A stretch of 64,000 bases of DNA, taken from contig CAZVRT010000001.1 of assembly GCA_964630375.1 (NCBI GenBank), positions 71,379-135,378 on the forward strand. Reading direction: 5' to 3'. Positions 46,961 through 55,837 of the stretch are shown here, piece after piece (the stretch's first letter is position 1; each line of letters begins with the position of its first letter). The DNA comes from an uncultured Candidatus Saccharibacteria bacterium (lineage in GTDB: Bacteria > Patescibacteriota > Minisyncoccia > Phycocordibacterales > JAACPR01). Position numbers and translations under genes: made by a program. The notes under the pieces were generated by a model. The model did no database searches, was not told the DNA's origin, and worked only from the letters and a program-made list of their open reading frames with translations.

Positions 46961-47200
46961 ATGAATCAGATTAGCTTATATCTAAAAAAATACGAAAATT
47001 TTGGATTTAAAGAAGCTGATTTAAAAAATAAAATAATTGAGATTGTAAAAAAAGAAACCGGAGTTGAATTGGATAAAAAACTTATTTCAGTAAACGATAT
47101 GACGGCTAATATTTCTGTTAGTGGATCAGCAAAAGCCGCTCTTTTTTTAAAGAGAAAACAAATTGAGGAGCAGATAAACGATATAAAAACTATTCGTTAA
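46961..47200 (+). CDS. Small hypothetical protein downstream of dnaN
   Basis: The 79-aa ORF has no recognised family. Confidence 0.35.
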   Translation: MNQISLYLKKYENFGFKEADLKNKIIEIVKKETGVELDKKLISVNDMTANISVSGSAKAALFLKRKQIEEQINDIKTIR

Positions 47201-49713
47201 TTTATATTGAAATTAATTTTGTCTGAGAATCGATTTCCTTCAGAATCTCTAACTTCTACTTCGATAGAGTTGCCAACATTTTTAATGTCTCTTATTTCGC
47301 TTGGAATAAAAGAGAATGATCTTGAAACAGGATCAATTTTTCCTTCTTGTGTTCCGTTGATTTTTACAGTTCCGTCTGTGATTTGTGCAGTTGTATTATT
47401 TAGTTGAACAGCAACATATATTTCAGTGTCTTTCAAAAATACTTGTCCGTTTTGTGGGTTGATTATTTGAAGATGAGGTTCTGTATTATCTTCGTTGTTT
47501 TCAGAATTTTCAGTAGGGAAACCTAACCAAGCTTGAACACCTGATTCCCAAAGCCAGTATTGTGAGTCTGAACTCGGGTTTCTTGGTTCTCCACCTAGTG
47601 GATTTGCTCTATCAACCCAGTGAAGAATTGAGTGAACGATCCCGTCGTTTGTGTGTTGCCAATTTCCTGCGATTACTGGTTTTGTTCCTTCGGGAATTCC
47701 GTCTGGAGAATTGAAAGATGATACTGGTTTTTTGCTAATAGCGAATTGCATAAATTCATTCCACATTGGTGCAACGATAAATCCGGCAACTCTTTTTTCC
47801 ATTGAGCGGTTGTCGTTGTTTCCTGCCCATGCTGCAACCGAAATTTCCGGAGTATAACCAACAATCCATGCATCTCGATAATCGTTTGTTGTACCAGTTT
47901 TTACCGCAACTCCTGAAAGATTTAGATATGAGTTTGAACCAAAAGCCGGAGTTCTTGCTGCGTTGTCTGTAAGAACATCTGAGATAAGTCGCGCTGTTTG
48001 TTCGGGGATAATTCTTTCTTGTTCCGGTTTATTTTCTTCCAAAACTTTTCCTTTTCTGTCTTCAACTTTTAGAATTCCAAGTTGCTTTGCTTTCATTCCA
48101 TCGTTTGCAAAAACTCCGTAAGCAGCTGCCATATCAAGTGGGCGAACTTCACCACCTCCAAGAACAAGTGTTAATCCATATTGGTCTGCGCTTCCAAGTG
48201 TTTCTAGTCCCATTTTTTTAGCCAAACTTAAAGAATCTCTAAGTCCTGCAAGGTGAAGAACTTTAACGGCTGGAATGTTTACAGATTGAGCAAGCGCATC
48301 TCTTAATGACATTGGACCTCTGAAAAGATTGTCGTAGTTTTGTGGGTTGTAACAATTACCACCTGACGCACAAGATGTTGAAAATTCTGTTGGAACGTCG
48401 AACACTACTGTTTCTGGACGATATCCTTTGTTGAAGGCCTCCGCATAAACAATTGGTTTGAAAGCAGAACCAGGTTGTCTGTTTGCTGTTGCAATATTGA
48501 ATTTACCGTCAATTTGTTCATCGAAATAATCTCGTGATCCAACCATTACAAGAACTTCTCCAGTTTTTGGATCTGTTGCAACGATAGAGGCATTTTCTGC
48601 ATTAAATCTTGTGGCGTTATCTAGAGCATGTTTTTTAACAATTTCTTCCGCTTGTTCTTGAAGTTCCCAGTCTAGTGTTGTTGTGATTTTTAGACCTCCT
48701 TCTTCGACAGCTTCAATTCCGTATTTTTCTTCAATTTGTTGAAGTACCCAGAATACAAAGTGAGGAGCTTTGATTCCAAAGTTTTCTGGTTTTTGGAATT
48801 CAACTTTTTCTGACATTGCTGAATCGTATTCGCCTTGAGAAATGAAATCATTTTTTAGCATTTCTTTTAGAACTTTGTTTTTTCTGTCTTCAAGTTTGTC
48901 TGTGTTGCTTCCATAAGGAGAGTAGTAAGTCGGTCTTTGTGGAAGAGAAGCAAGATAAGCTGATTCTGCAAGAGTTAAATCAGCGGCATCTTTTCCAAAA
49001 AATCTTCTTGAAGCTTCTTGAATTCCGTAAACAGTTCCTCCGTAAGGGATTTCATTTAGATAAATTTCAAGAATCTGATCTTTTGAAAGTTGGCTTTCCA
49101 GTCGTGGAGCTAAAACCCACTCTTTTAATTTTCGAGAGATTTTTTTATCTGAAGTAAGAAGGGCGTTTTTGATAACTTGTTGTGTGATTGTAGAACCTCC
49201 TTGTCCACTGAAAGGCCTTCCGTCAGCTATGTTTGTTAATACGGCTCTAATTATGGCTTTTATTTCAATACCGTTGTGGTTTTGGAAATTTGAGTCTTCA
49301 ATAGCGATTGTGGCTTTTTCTACATAATCATTGATTCTGTCCAAAGTAACAACAGTTCTTGTAACTTCTCCGTGAACATCAAAAAGAATAACCCGACCTG
49401 TTCTGTCGAGAATTTTTGTAGATTGAACAACTTTTCTTTCTGCAAAGTTGTCTAGATTTGGCATTTCAAAAGTGGCTACCCAAATTAGAATCCCGCCGGC
49501 GAATAGGAAACACAGCAGCAGACAGGCAAGTATAATTCTTTTTAGACTTTGCTTTTTTAAAAATTTGAAAGATTTATTTATCATTTTATTTGTTTGTTCA
49601 CCACCCCAATCTAAAAAATCTCTCATTTCCTGAATGCTTGGAATGTTTCTTTTAACAAATTTATTATACAACTCTTTTAGGTTTATTTTTTTCACAGTGG
49701 GCAGAATATACAA
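47197..49713 (-). CDS. mrcA: Class A penicillin-binding protein (bifunctional glycosyltransferase/transpeptidase) with a C-terminal extension
   Basis: It has a TM anchor. The GT51 motifs are GGSTITQQVIKN and RKLKEW, and the transpeptidase motifs are SxxK (SAFKP), SxN and KTG (KTGTTND). The C-terminal roughly 150 aa are an extra beta-rich domain. Confidence 0.85.
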   Translation of the reverse strand: MYILPTVKKINLKELYNKFVKRNIPSIQEMRDFLDWGGEQTNKMINKSFKFLKKQSLKRIILACLLLCFLFAGGILIWVATFEMPNLDNFAERKVVQSTKILDRTGRVILFDVHGEVTRTVVTLDRINDYVEKATIAIEDSNFQNHNGIEIKAIIRAVLTNIADGRPFSGQGGSTITQQVIKNALLTSDKKISRKLKEWVLAPRLESQLSKDQILEIYLNEIPYGGTVYGIQEASRRFFGKDAADLTLAESAYLASLPQRPTYYSPYGSNTDKLEDRKNKVLKEMLKNDFISQGEYDSAMSEKVEFQKPENFGIKAPHFVFWVLQQIEEKYGIEAVEEGGLKITTTLDWELQEQAEEIVKKHALDNATRFNAENASIVATDPKTGEVLVMVGSRDYFDEQIDGKFNIATANRQPGSAFKPIVYAEAFNKGYRPETVVFDVPTEFSTSCASGGNCYNPQNYDNLFRGPMSLRDALAQSVNIPAVKVLHLAGLRDSLSLAKKMGLETLGSADQYGLTLVLGGGEVRPLDMAAAYGVFANDGMKAKQLGILKVEDRKGKVLEENKPEQERIIPEQTARLISDVLTDNAARTPAFGSNSYLNLSGVAVKTGTTNDYRDAWIVGYTPEISVAAWAGNNDNRSMEKRVAGFIVAPMWNEFMQFAISKKPVSSFNSPDGIPEGTKPVIAGNWQHTNDGIVHSILHWVDRANPLGGEPRNPSSDSQYWLWESGVQAWLGFPTENSENNEDNTEPHLQIINPQNGQVFLKDTEIYVAVQLNNTTAQITDGTVKINGTQEGKIDPVSRSFSFIPSEIRDIKNVGNSIEVEVRDSEGNRFSDKINFNIN

Positions 49714-49780
49714 TTTATTTTTATTTCAGTCAATGAAAATGATTATTTAAAGAATTTTAATAAAATGCTAGAATTGCTTT

Positions 49781-50989
49781 ATGTTTTTCAATAAAAAACC
49801 TGAAATAATCACGGATGAGTCGAAAATTAATGAAATTCTAGAAAGAGGAGTTGAAGATGTTTTTGTTAAAGAAGATTTAGTTTCAAAATTAAAGTCTGGT
49901 AAACAACTAAGAATTAAGTTGGGAGTTGACCCTACTTCTCCAAATATTCATTTAGGACGAGCTGTTGTTATTAGAAAGCTCCGTGATTTTCAAAAGTTGG
50001 GACATAAGGTGATTTTTTTAATTGGAGACTTCACTGCATTGATTGGAGATCCATCAGACAAATTAGCCAAGCGTCCAATGCTTACTGAAGCAAAAATAAA
50101 AGAAAATTTAAAAACTTATAAAGAACAAGTTGGAAAAATTATTGATTTAAATAATGCAGAATTTTTGTTTAATAGTTCTTGGCTTTCAAAAATGAATTTT
50201 AAGCAAGTTGCTGAGCTTGCAGAAGCTTTTACTGTTTCTCAAATGACAAGTCGAAGAAATTTTAAAGAGAGATTGGATAGAGGTGATGAAGTTTCTTTAC
50301 GGGAGTTTTTGTATCCAATTATGCAAGGATATGATTCTGTTGTTTTAAATTCCGATATTGAGATTGGTGGTTTTGATCAATTATTTAATTTGAAAGCAGG
50401 AAGAATTATTCAAAAACATTTTGGTATGCAAGAACAAGATGTTTTAACCATTCAAATGTTGGAAGGAACTGATGGAAGAAAGATGTCTTCTAGTTGGGGA
50501 AATATTGTTGCAATCAATGATTTGCCAAATGATATGTATGGAAAAATAATGGCGCTGAGAGATGAGTTGATTGAAAAATATTTTTTGCTTTGTACTGATG
50601 TTGAGATGGAGGAAATAAATAAAATTTCTGAAGAAATTAAAAATGGAAAAAATCCAAAAGATTTCAAAATGAAATTAGCTAGAGAAATTGTTTCGATTTA
50701 TCACAGTAAAGAAGAAGCGGAGAAGGCAGAAAAAAATTGGGTGGAAACTTTTTCAAAAGGAGGTGTGCCTGATGATGTGCAAGAAATAAAAGCGGATGCA
50801 AATAAAGGCTTGATTGATGTTTTGGTGGAAAATAAAATTTTGGAATCTCGTGGGGAATTTCGAAGATTGATTGATGGTGGTGGAATCAAGAAAGCAGATG
50901 GAACACAAATTAAAGATCCAAATATTTTAGTTGAGAGTGAAACTTACCGAATTGGAAAAAAGAAGTTTGTGAAGATTGTTGTTGAATAA
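49781..50989 (+). CDS. tyrS: Tyrosine--tRNA ligase
   Basis: It has the HIGH-class motif PNIHLG and the KMSKS variant KMSSS, followed by a C-terminal S4-like domain. Confidence 0.9.
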   Translation: MFFNKKPEIITDESKINEILERGVEDVFVKEDLVSKLKSGKQLRIKLGVDPTSPNIHLGRAVVIRKLRDFQKLGHKVIFLIGDFTALIGDPSDKLAKRPMLTEAKIKENLKTYKEQVGKIIDLNNAEFLFNSSWLSKMNFKQVAELAEAFTVSQMTSRRNFKERLDRGDEVSLREFLYPIMQGYDSVVLNSDIEIGGFDQLFNLKAGRIIQKHFGMQEQDVLTIQMLEGTDGRKMSSSWGNIVAINDLPNDMYGKIMALRDELIEKYFLLCTDVEMEEINKISEEIKNGKNPKDFKMKLAREIVSIYHSKEEAEKAEKNWVETFSKGGVPDDVQEIKADANKGLIDVLVENKILESRGEFRRLIDGGGIKKADGTQIKDPNILVESETYRIGKKKFVKIVVE

Positions 50990-50993
50990 AATT

Positions 50994-51072
50994 AAAACAA
51001 AATAACTCGCAAATTTTTGCTTCCGCAGGCGTGAGCCGAGGACTGGCAAAAATTTGCGAGTTATTTTGTTTT
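50994..51072. terminator. Long hairpin (27-bp AT-rich stem, 25-nt GC-rich loop), probably a bidirectional terminator between tyrS and the convergent ruvC operon
   Basis: The stem is AAAACAAAATAACTCGCAAATTTTTGC / GCAAAAATTTGCGAGTTATTTTGTTTT. The loop TTCCGCAGGCGTGAGCCGAGGACTG resembles the loops of the 2627 and 20865 elements. Confidence 0.6.
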
Positions 51073-51077
51073 AATTG

Positions 51078-51254
51078 TTAGTAGAACCCGTCTTCGTCTT
51101 CAGTGTCGTCGTAAAGATCTAGTTCATCGTCTTCTTCCTCTTCGTCGTCAAAATCTTCATCTTCTATTTCTTCGTCATCTAGAAGTGCATCATCCAAAAA
51201 ATCATCTTCTAAGTCCATCTCCAACACATCGCTTAAAACATCTTCTTCATCCAT
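51078..51254 (-). CDS. Small highly acidic protein (58 aa, Asp/Glu about 60%)
   Basis: The manual translation is MDEEDVLSDVLEMDLEDDFLDDALLDDEEIEDEDFDDEEEEDDELDLYDDTEDEDGFY. It lies directly downstream of ruvC on the same strand and is below the ORF-track size cutoff. Confidence 0.4.
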   Translation of the reverse strand: MDEEDVLSDVLEMDLEDDFLDDALLDDEEIEDEDFDDEEEEDDELDLYDDTEDEDGFY

Positions 51255-51319
51255 GTTTTTGTATTTTTTATTTTAATAGACTTATTATTTATCACAAGAA
51301 AAAGTTCCTGCAAGTGTTT

Positions 51320-51805
51320 TTATCTGTGGATATTTCTTATTGTTGCCAAACAGGTCAAACCAACAGCGATTGCGTCTATTTCATCGTCTATTTTCCCCTT
51401 CAAATCGATGTTTGTGATAAGGCTAACCATTTTTGAAACTTGAGTTTTATCGCTACTTCCAGAGCCTGTGACAGCCGCTTTTATTGTTTGAGGAGTAAAT
51501 TCGTTTACAAACAAACCCTCTTTTGCGCAGATTGCCATCAACACACCTCGAGATTCTGCCACTTTCAAAGCGGTTTTTGTGTTTTTGCTAAAGAATAAAG
51601 TTTCAATTGCCATTTGTTCCGGCAAAAATTTTTCAATTAATTCTTCGACTTTTTTTGCAATTTGTCCTAGCCGTTCCGAATGAGCTTCTTTTGCGCTGGT
51701 TTTAAAACATTCTGAATAGATAACTTTATCCTTGCCGTTTTGTTCTTTCTCTAAAATAGCAATTCCAAGTCTTTCGTATCCTGGGTCGAAGGCAATTATT
51801 TTCAT
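51320..51805 (-). CDS. ruvC: Holliday junction resolvase
   Basis: It has the motifs IIAFDPGYERLGIAIL and the C-terminal DAIAVGLTC, which are RuvC catalytic-residue contexts. Confidence 0.85.
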   Translation of the reverse strand: MKIIAFDPGYERLGIAILEKEQNGKDKVIYSECFKTSAKEAHSERLGQIAKKVEELIEKFLPEQMAIETLFFSKNTKTALKVAESRGVLMAICAKEGLFVNEFTPQTIKAAVTGSGSSDKTQVSKMVSLITNIDLKGKIDDEIDAIAVGLTCLATIRNIHR

Positions 51806-51825
51806 GGGGTAATTGTATCAAAATA

Positions 51826-51853
51826 AAAAGGCGGGCACCGCAGGTGCCCGCCG
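51826..51853. terminator. Terminator hairpin downstream of the GC-rich ORF
   Basis: GGCGGGCACCGCAGGTGCCCGCC is flanked by A-runs and T-runs. Confidence 0.55.
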
Positions 51854-51881
51854 AAGACGAAAACGAAACTCTCGCAAATAT

Positions 51882-52289
51882 TCAAATTTGCGCCCGAAGG
51901 AAATGCAAGAAATCGATCTTGAGAGGATCGAAAAACTCAGCATGCCTTTTCTGGGGATGTTCACAGAGAAAGAATCCGTCACTGGAAGTGCTCCGAAACC
52001 AGAGGTCTGAAGTCGGAATTTTTTCGTTCTCAGAAACCAACTTGAGTTCCAAGGCGATTCTTACCAGCTCTTGGCGAAGCTTCTTCTTCGCCGCAAAAAT
52101 CCGCTTTCTGTGAAGAACCGTCAGAGGAGAACCCGAGAGTTGGGCAGGATGCAGATCAACATTCAGGATTTCACGGTCGGTGACACACAGAAGTGATATC
52201 ACGTTTCCGAGAGCACAGGGATCGTTGGACAACAGCTCAAATGCACGCCGAACGATTTCCTCGTCACGAGTTGCGGTTTGTTTCATCAT
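51882..52289 (-). CDS. GC-rich hypothetical protein inserted between yebC and ruvC
   Basis: The 135-aa ORF sits in a 480-bp block of about 48% GC and has its own terminator. No family was recognised. Confidence 0.4.
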   Translation of the reverse strand: MMKQTATRDEEIVRRAFELLSNDPCALGNVISLLCVTDREILNVDLHPAQLSGSPLTVLHRKRIFAAKKKLRQELVRIALELKLVSENEKIPTSDLWFRSTSSDGFFLCEHPQKRHAEFFDPLKIDFLHFLRAQI

Positions 52290-52376
52290 AGGATATTCAG
52301 GGGGCTAAGGTTCAGTTACCATAAGCAAACTAAAATATTTATTCAATTATGTCAAATTTTATAAGAAAAGATTTTG

Positions 52377-52907
52377 CTAAGCTTCGTTTGAAAATACACC
52401 TTGAACATCGTCGTGTTCTTCCAGAGAATCTAAAATCCCACCAAGTTTTTCACCATCATCTTCTGAAATTTCTACCGTTGAGTTTGCAACCCACTCTTGT
52501 CCTTGTTTCGAAAAAGCCCAAGAAGCCGCGCCTGGAGTCGCTAGTTCGTATCCAGATTTTGTAAAAATGTGTCTAATTTCTGCCGCGGTTCGGTTTTTGT
52601 TGTCAGTCAAAGTTTCAATAATTATCGCAACTCCTCCCGGACCATAAGCTTCGTAAGTAACAGGGAACATTTCTGCTGTTCCTGATTCCGTTCCTTTTTT
52701 AATAGCTCGCTCGATATTATCTTTTGGCATATTTTCTTTTTTTGCCATATCCATAATTGCGACCAGCGACGGAGAAGACATATTTCCTCCAACCTTTTTA
52801 GATTCGTTAGTTAAAAGTCTTGCCAATCTTGAGAAAACTTTACTCTTCTTTGCATCTTCTCCTTCTTTTTTTCTTTTGATTTTTGACCATTTATTGTGTC
52901 CTGACAT
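52377..52907 (-). CDS. yebC: YebC/PmpR-family transcriptional regulatory protein (short form)
   Basis: The sequence MSGHNKWSKIKRKK... is the YebC N-terminal signature. At 176 aa it is shorter than canonical YebC. Confidence 0.75.
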   Translation of the reverse strand: MSGHNKWSKIKRKKEGEDAKKSKVFSRLARLLTNESKKVGGNMSSPSLVAIMDMAKKENMPKDNIERAIKKGTESGTAEMFPVTYEAYGPGGVAIIIETLTDNKNRTAAEIRHIFTKSGYELATPGAASWAFSKQGQEWVANSTVEISEDDGEKLGGILDSLEEHDDVQGVFSNEA

Positions 52908-53025
52908 ATATTTTCAAGTTATTTTTGAAGCATATCAAATTTTTTGAAAATAAAAAACTTGTTGACCAGGTATTCAAAAAGAGTATATTTGTTTTTGAGT
53001 AAGTCCTAAACAACAAAATAAGATT

Positions 53026-53397
53026 ATGGAAACAGAAATAGAGGACACTTTAAATAGTGTTGTTCGGAATATTTTGGAACTTGAAGGTGGTAAAGTAGCT
53101 GATTTGGTTGGAAAATCTGTCATGGTTGAATCCTTGAATCTAAAAAGAGTTTCTCACGAAACAGCGAAGTATTTTTTCACCAAAATTTCGAGTGTCGAAT
53201 TTACTACTGATTTTAAGGTTTCGTATTCCAACTACAAAAAAACAACTTGTCTTTTCAGGGTGATTTTAAAACTAGAAAATGGTTTTAAGATAAAACTCTG
53301 CGACAATATCAGGCAAGTGACGAGAAGGGTGATAAAAGACAGGAAAGTTTTTATTCTGTCGCCAGAAGGTGGATACGCGCAAATCACTATTCTCTGA
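53026..53397 (+). CDS. Hypothetical protein, paralog 1 of the LENGFKI family
   Basis: The 123-aa protein shares the motif R(V/A)xL(K/E)LENGFKI(K/D)L with the next ORF. It has its own terminator, CCGCTGCGGCGG plus a T-run. Confidence 0.4.
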   Translation: METEIEDTLNSVVRNILELEGGKVADLVGKSVMVESLNLKRVSHETAKYFFTKISSVEFTTDFKVSYSNYKKTTCLFRVILKLENGFKIKLCDNIRQVTRRVIKDRKVFILSPEGGYAQITIL

Positions 53398-53484
53398 AAT
53401 TTATTTTACCGCTGCGGCGGCTTTTTATTTTATTGACTTATTTTTTCTATTAAGTAGAGTTCTTTTGAAAGGTTCAAAGTAATT

Positions 53485-53958
53485 ATGATTAAAGAAACTG
53501 ACTATTGTGTTGGAATCGAAAGACATTTGAAGCAGGCTTTTGGCAAAGATGTTGATTTGGAAAACATTGCAAGAAGGACCTGTATAGTTTCTTTCCAAAG
53601 AGACCCTGAGCGGGAGGAGTTCGAGATTGTTGTTTCGAAAATAAAAGCTTTTCGAGCGGTTGTTGCGAACAATGCTTTCCGTTTCCGTGCTTACCTTGAG
53701 CTTGAAAATGGATTTAAGATTGATTTGTTCATGAATCAAGTTTCTTCCGTAAATGTTCGTGCCATGCAAAAGGATCTGGGAGACATTTTGGATCTCTCAG
53801 AATATGTTCAAGCTTGTGCTTACGAGCAAGCTGGATGGGCACTTTGCGTCATCAAGGAAGGAGTGAGGTTCAAGAAGGAAAGGGTGAAAACCTTTTTTAA
53901 AATTTTGCCTCGTATAAAAGTTCCTTGTTCTTACAACGCAAAACTGAAAATTCTCTGA
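53485..53958 (+). CDS. Hypothetical protein, paralog 2 of the LENGFKI family
   Basis: The 157-aa protein has YLELENGFKIDLF and its own terminator, GCGCTTCGGCGC plus a T-run. Confidence 0.4.
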   Translation: MIKETDYCVGIERHLKQAFGKDVDLENIARRTCIVSFQRDPEREEFEIVVSKIKAFRAVVANNAFRFRAYLELENGFKIDLFMNQVSSVNVRAMQKDLGDILDLSEYVQACAYEQAGWALCVIKEGVRFKKERVKTFFKILPRIKVPCSYNAKLKIL

Positions 53959-54018
53959 CGCGCTTCGGCGCTTTTTATTTTTTCTTGACTTTTTAAGGTA
54001 TGAAGGGTAGTTTGGTTT

Positions 54019-54261
54019 TTGAAACTCAACCCTCTAAATAATATGGATGTTGCAGAAGTTCTTCGTTACCTCACTTTTTTTTCGGTGGCTATTGCATCAA
54101 TTGCAATTTTCTTCATCATTGTGCTTGATGTGGCAAGCCTTAATGACAGATTTTATCGTCTTCTTGGTTTTCTGAAGACACTAACTTTCGGTGCGGTTGT
54201 AAGTGCTGCTTTTTTCGGAATCGTCCTCCGACTGTTGTGGAGATATTATTCTTCCCTCTGA
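54019..54261 (+). CDS. Small hypothetical membrane protein (2 TM)
   Basis: The 80-aa ORF has two hydrophobic helices and the terminator CCCTCTGATTTGGAGGG plus a T-run. Confidence 0.35.
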   Translation: MKLNPLNNMDVAEVLRYLTFFSVAIASIAIFFIIVLDVASLNDRFYRLLGFLKTLTFGAVVSAAFFGIVLRLLWRYYSSL

Positions 54262-54333
54262 TTTGGAGGGTTTTTATTTTGACAAATTCATGTTTTAGAG
54301 TAGATTAATTGGGAACCTTGAATTAAAAATATA

Positions 54334-54537
54334 ATGAACTTTATTGAAACCGTTCAAATTGCTGGATTTGTAAGCACACTGGTTTACATATTTTCATTTT
54401 TCCCATTTATCTTTTGTGTGACAAATTGTCCAAGAAGCAAATGGTGTGTTTTGTGGAGTGCTATTTTTGTAATCAGCACTTGTTGTTTTATTGTTTCTGC
54501 ACTTATCATACAAGTTGCTTTTGGGGGGCCTAAGTAA
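54334..54537 (+). CDS. Small hypothetical Cys-containing membrane protein
   Basis: The 67-aa ORF has two hydrophobic helices. Confidence 0.3.
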   Translation: MNFIETVQIAGFVSTLVYIFSFFPFIFCVTNCPRSKWCVLWSAIFVISTCCFIVSALIIQVAFGGPK

Positions 54538-54556
54538 ATTTACCTTTCAAGCTTTT

Positions 54557-55555
54557 TTATTTCTGAATATTCAAATGCGCGTATGCTTTTTCTGTTGCAA
54601 CACGACCGCGTGGAGTTCGTTCAATCATTCCAAGTTGAATTAAATATGGCTCATGAAATTCTTCGACAGTTGCTTCTTCTTCATGAAGAGCTGTTGCAAG
54701 TGTATTCAAACCAACTGGACCACCTTTGAATTTTTCAATCAAAACTCGCAAAACATCTCTGTCCATTTTTGTTAAACCAAGATCGTCGATTTCTAACATA
54801 TCCAAAGCCTCGCAAACATTTTTAGTATCTAAATTTTCTTTCTTCACTTGCGCCAAGTCTCGACATCTTTTCAAAAGATAATTTGCGGTTCGAGGTGTAC
54901 TTCGACTTCTTTTTGCAATTTCTTCTGCGGCAGAATCTTCTAATTCGATATTTAAAATTCGCGCGGATCTTTTCAAAATGTTTTCAATTTCTTTTTCAGA
55001 ATAAAATTCTAGCCTATGAGTTCCGCCAGAGAATCGTGAACGAAGTGGGGAAGACAAACTGGCGATTTTTGTTGTTGCTGCGATAAGTGTGAAAGGAGGA
55101 AGGTCTAACTGAATTGTTCTGGCAGACGGACCTTTTCCGATAATAATATCCAAAACGCCAGATTCCATCGCAGGGTATAAAACTTCTTCGATTGATTTGT
55201 TTAATCTGTGAATTTCATCGATAAAAAGTATGTCGCCGGCAGAAAGGTTTGTCAGAATTGAAGCTAAATCCCCAACTTTTTCGATAGCCGGACCGGATGT
55301 GATTTTGATTTGCGCGTTTATGTGTTTTGCGATAAGGTATGCCAACGATGTTTTTCCAAGACCTGGAGGACCGTAAAATAAAATGTGTTCAGGAGGGTGT
55401 CCTCGCTCACGAGCGGCACCTAAAAGTATGTCCAAATTGTCTTTAATTGGTTGTTGTCCAACATAATCATTCCAGACATTCGGACGAAGCTCTTTGTCTA
55501 AAAAAGAAGCCTCTCCTGAAACATCATTTAAGGGTTGATTGGGTGTTGTTGACAT
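54557..55555 (-). CDS. ruvB: Holliday junction branch-migration helicase
   Basis: It has Walker A GPPGLGKTSLA, Walker B ILFIDEIHRL, and the C-terminal winged helix. The start is at the internal Met (MSTTPNQ). Confidence 0.9.
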   Translation of the reverse strand: MSTTPNQPLNDVSGEASFLDKELRPNVWNDYVGQQPIKDNLDILLGAARERGHPPEHILFYGPPGLGKTSLAYLIAKHINAQIKITSGPAIEKVGDLASILTNLSAGDILFIDEIHRLNKSIEEVLYPAMESGVLDIIIGKGPSARTIQLDLPPFTLIAATTKIASLSSPLRSRFSGGTHRLEFYSEKEIENILKRSARILNIELEDSAAEEIAKRSRSTPRTANYLLKRCRDLAQVKKENLDTKNVCEALDMLEIDDLGLTKMDRDVLRVLIEKFKGGPVGLNTLATALHEEEATVEEFHEPYLIQLGMIERTPRGRVATEKAYAHLNIQK

Positions 55556-55617
55556 TTTTTTAAAATATGTTAATATACTTCTTAACAACTGCACATAAAG
55601 TATATTGTTGATTTTTG

Positions 55618-55768
55618 AAACGGCAGATCTCTAAACGATAGACACAGTCTATAGGCGAGCAATAAAGGACACTCCTGGTTACGGGCTTACGCGCGTTTGC
55701 TGGGGTTATCCTTAATTCCTCGTCTCCCATTGGCACGGTTCGATGGCTCGTTTAGAGATCTGCCTTTT
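55618..55768. ncRNA. About 150-bp element bounded by a 17-21-bp inverted repeat: candidate structured ncRNA or MITE-like element
   Basis: AAACGGCAGATCTCTAAACGA (55618-55638) and TCGTTTAGAGATCTGCC(T)TTT (55748-55768) flank a GC-elevated core that contains the internal palindrome ACGCGCGT. It lies in the pilB-ruvB intergenic gap and has no ORF. Confidence 0.3.
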
Positions 55769-55837
55769 CAAATATCTTTTTCTCTTAAGAAAATATAACT
55801 GTTTTCAATTTTATCACAACTAGTCAAACAATATTTT

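Noticed and set aside
51185-51436. 83-aa plus-strand ORF
   Set aside because: It overlaps the acidic small ORF and the ruvC 3' end in antisense, and no signals support it.
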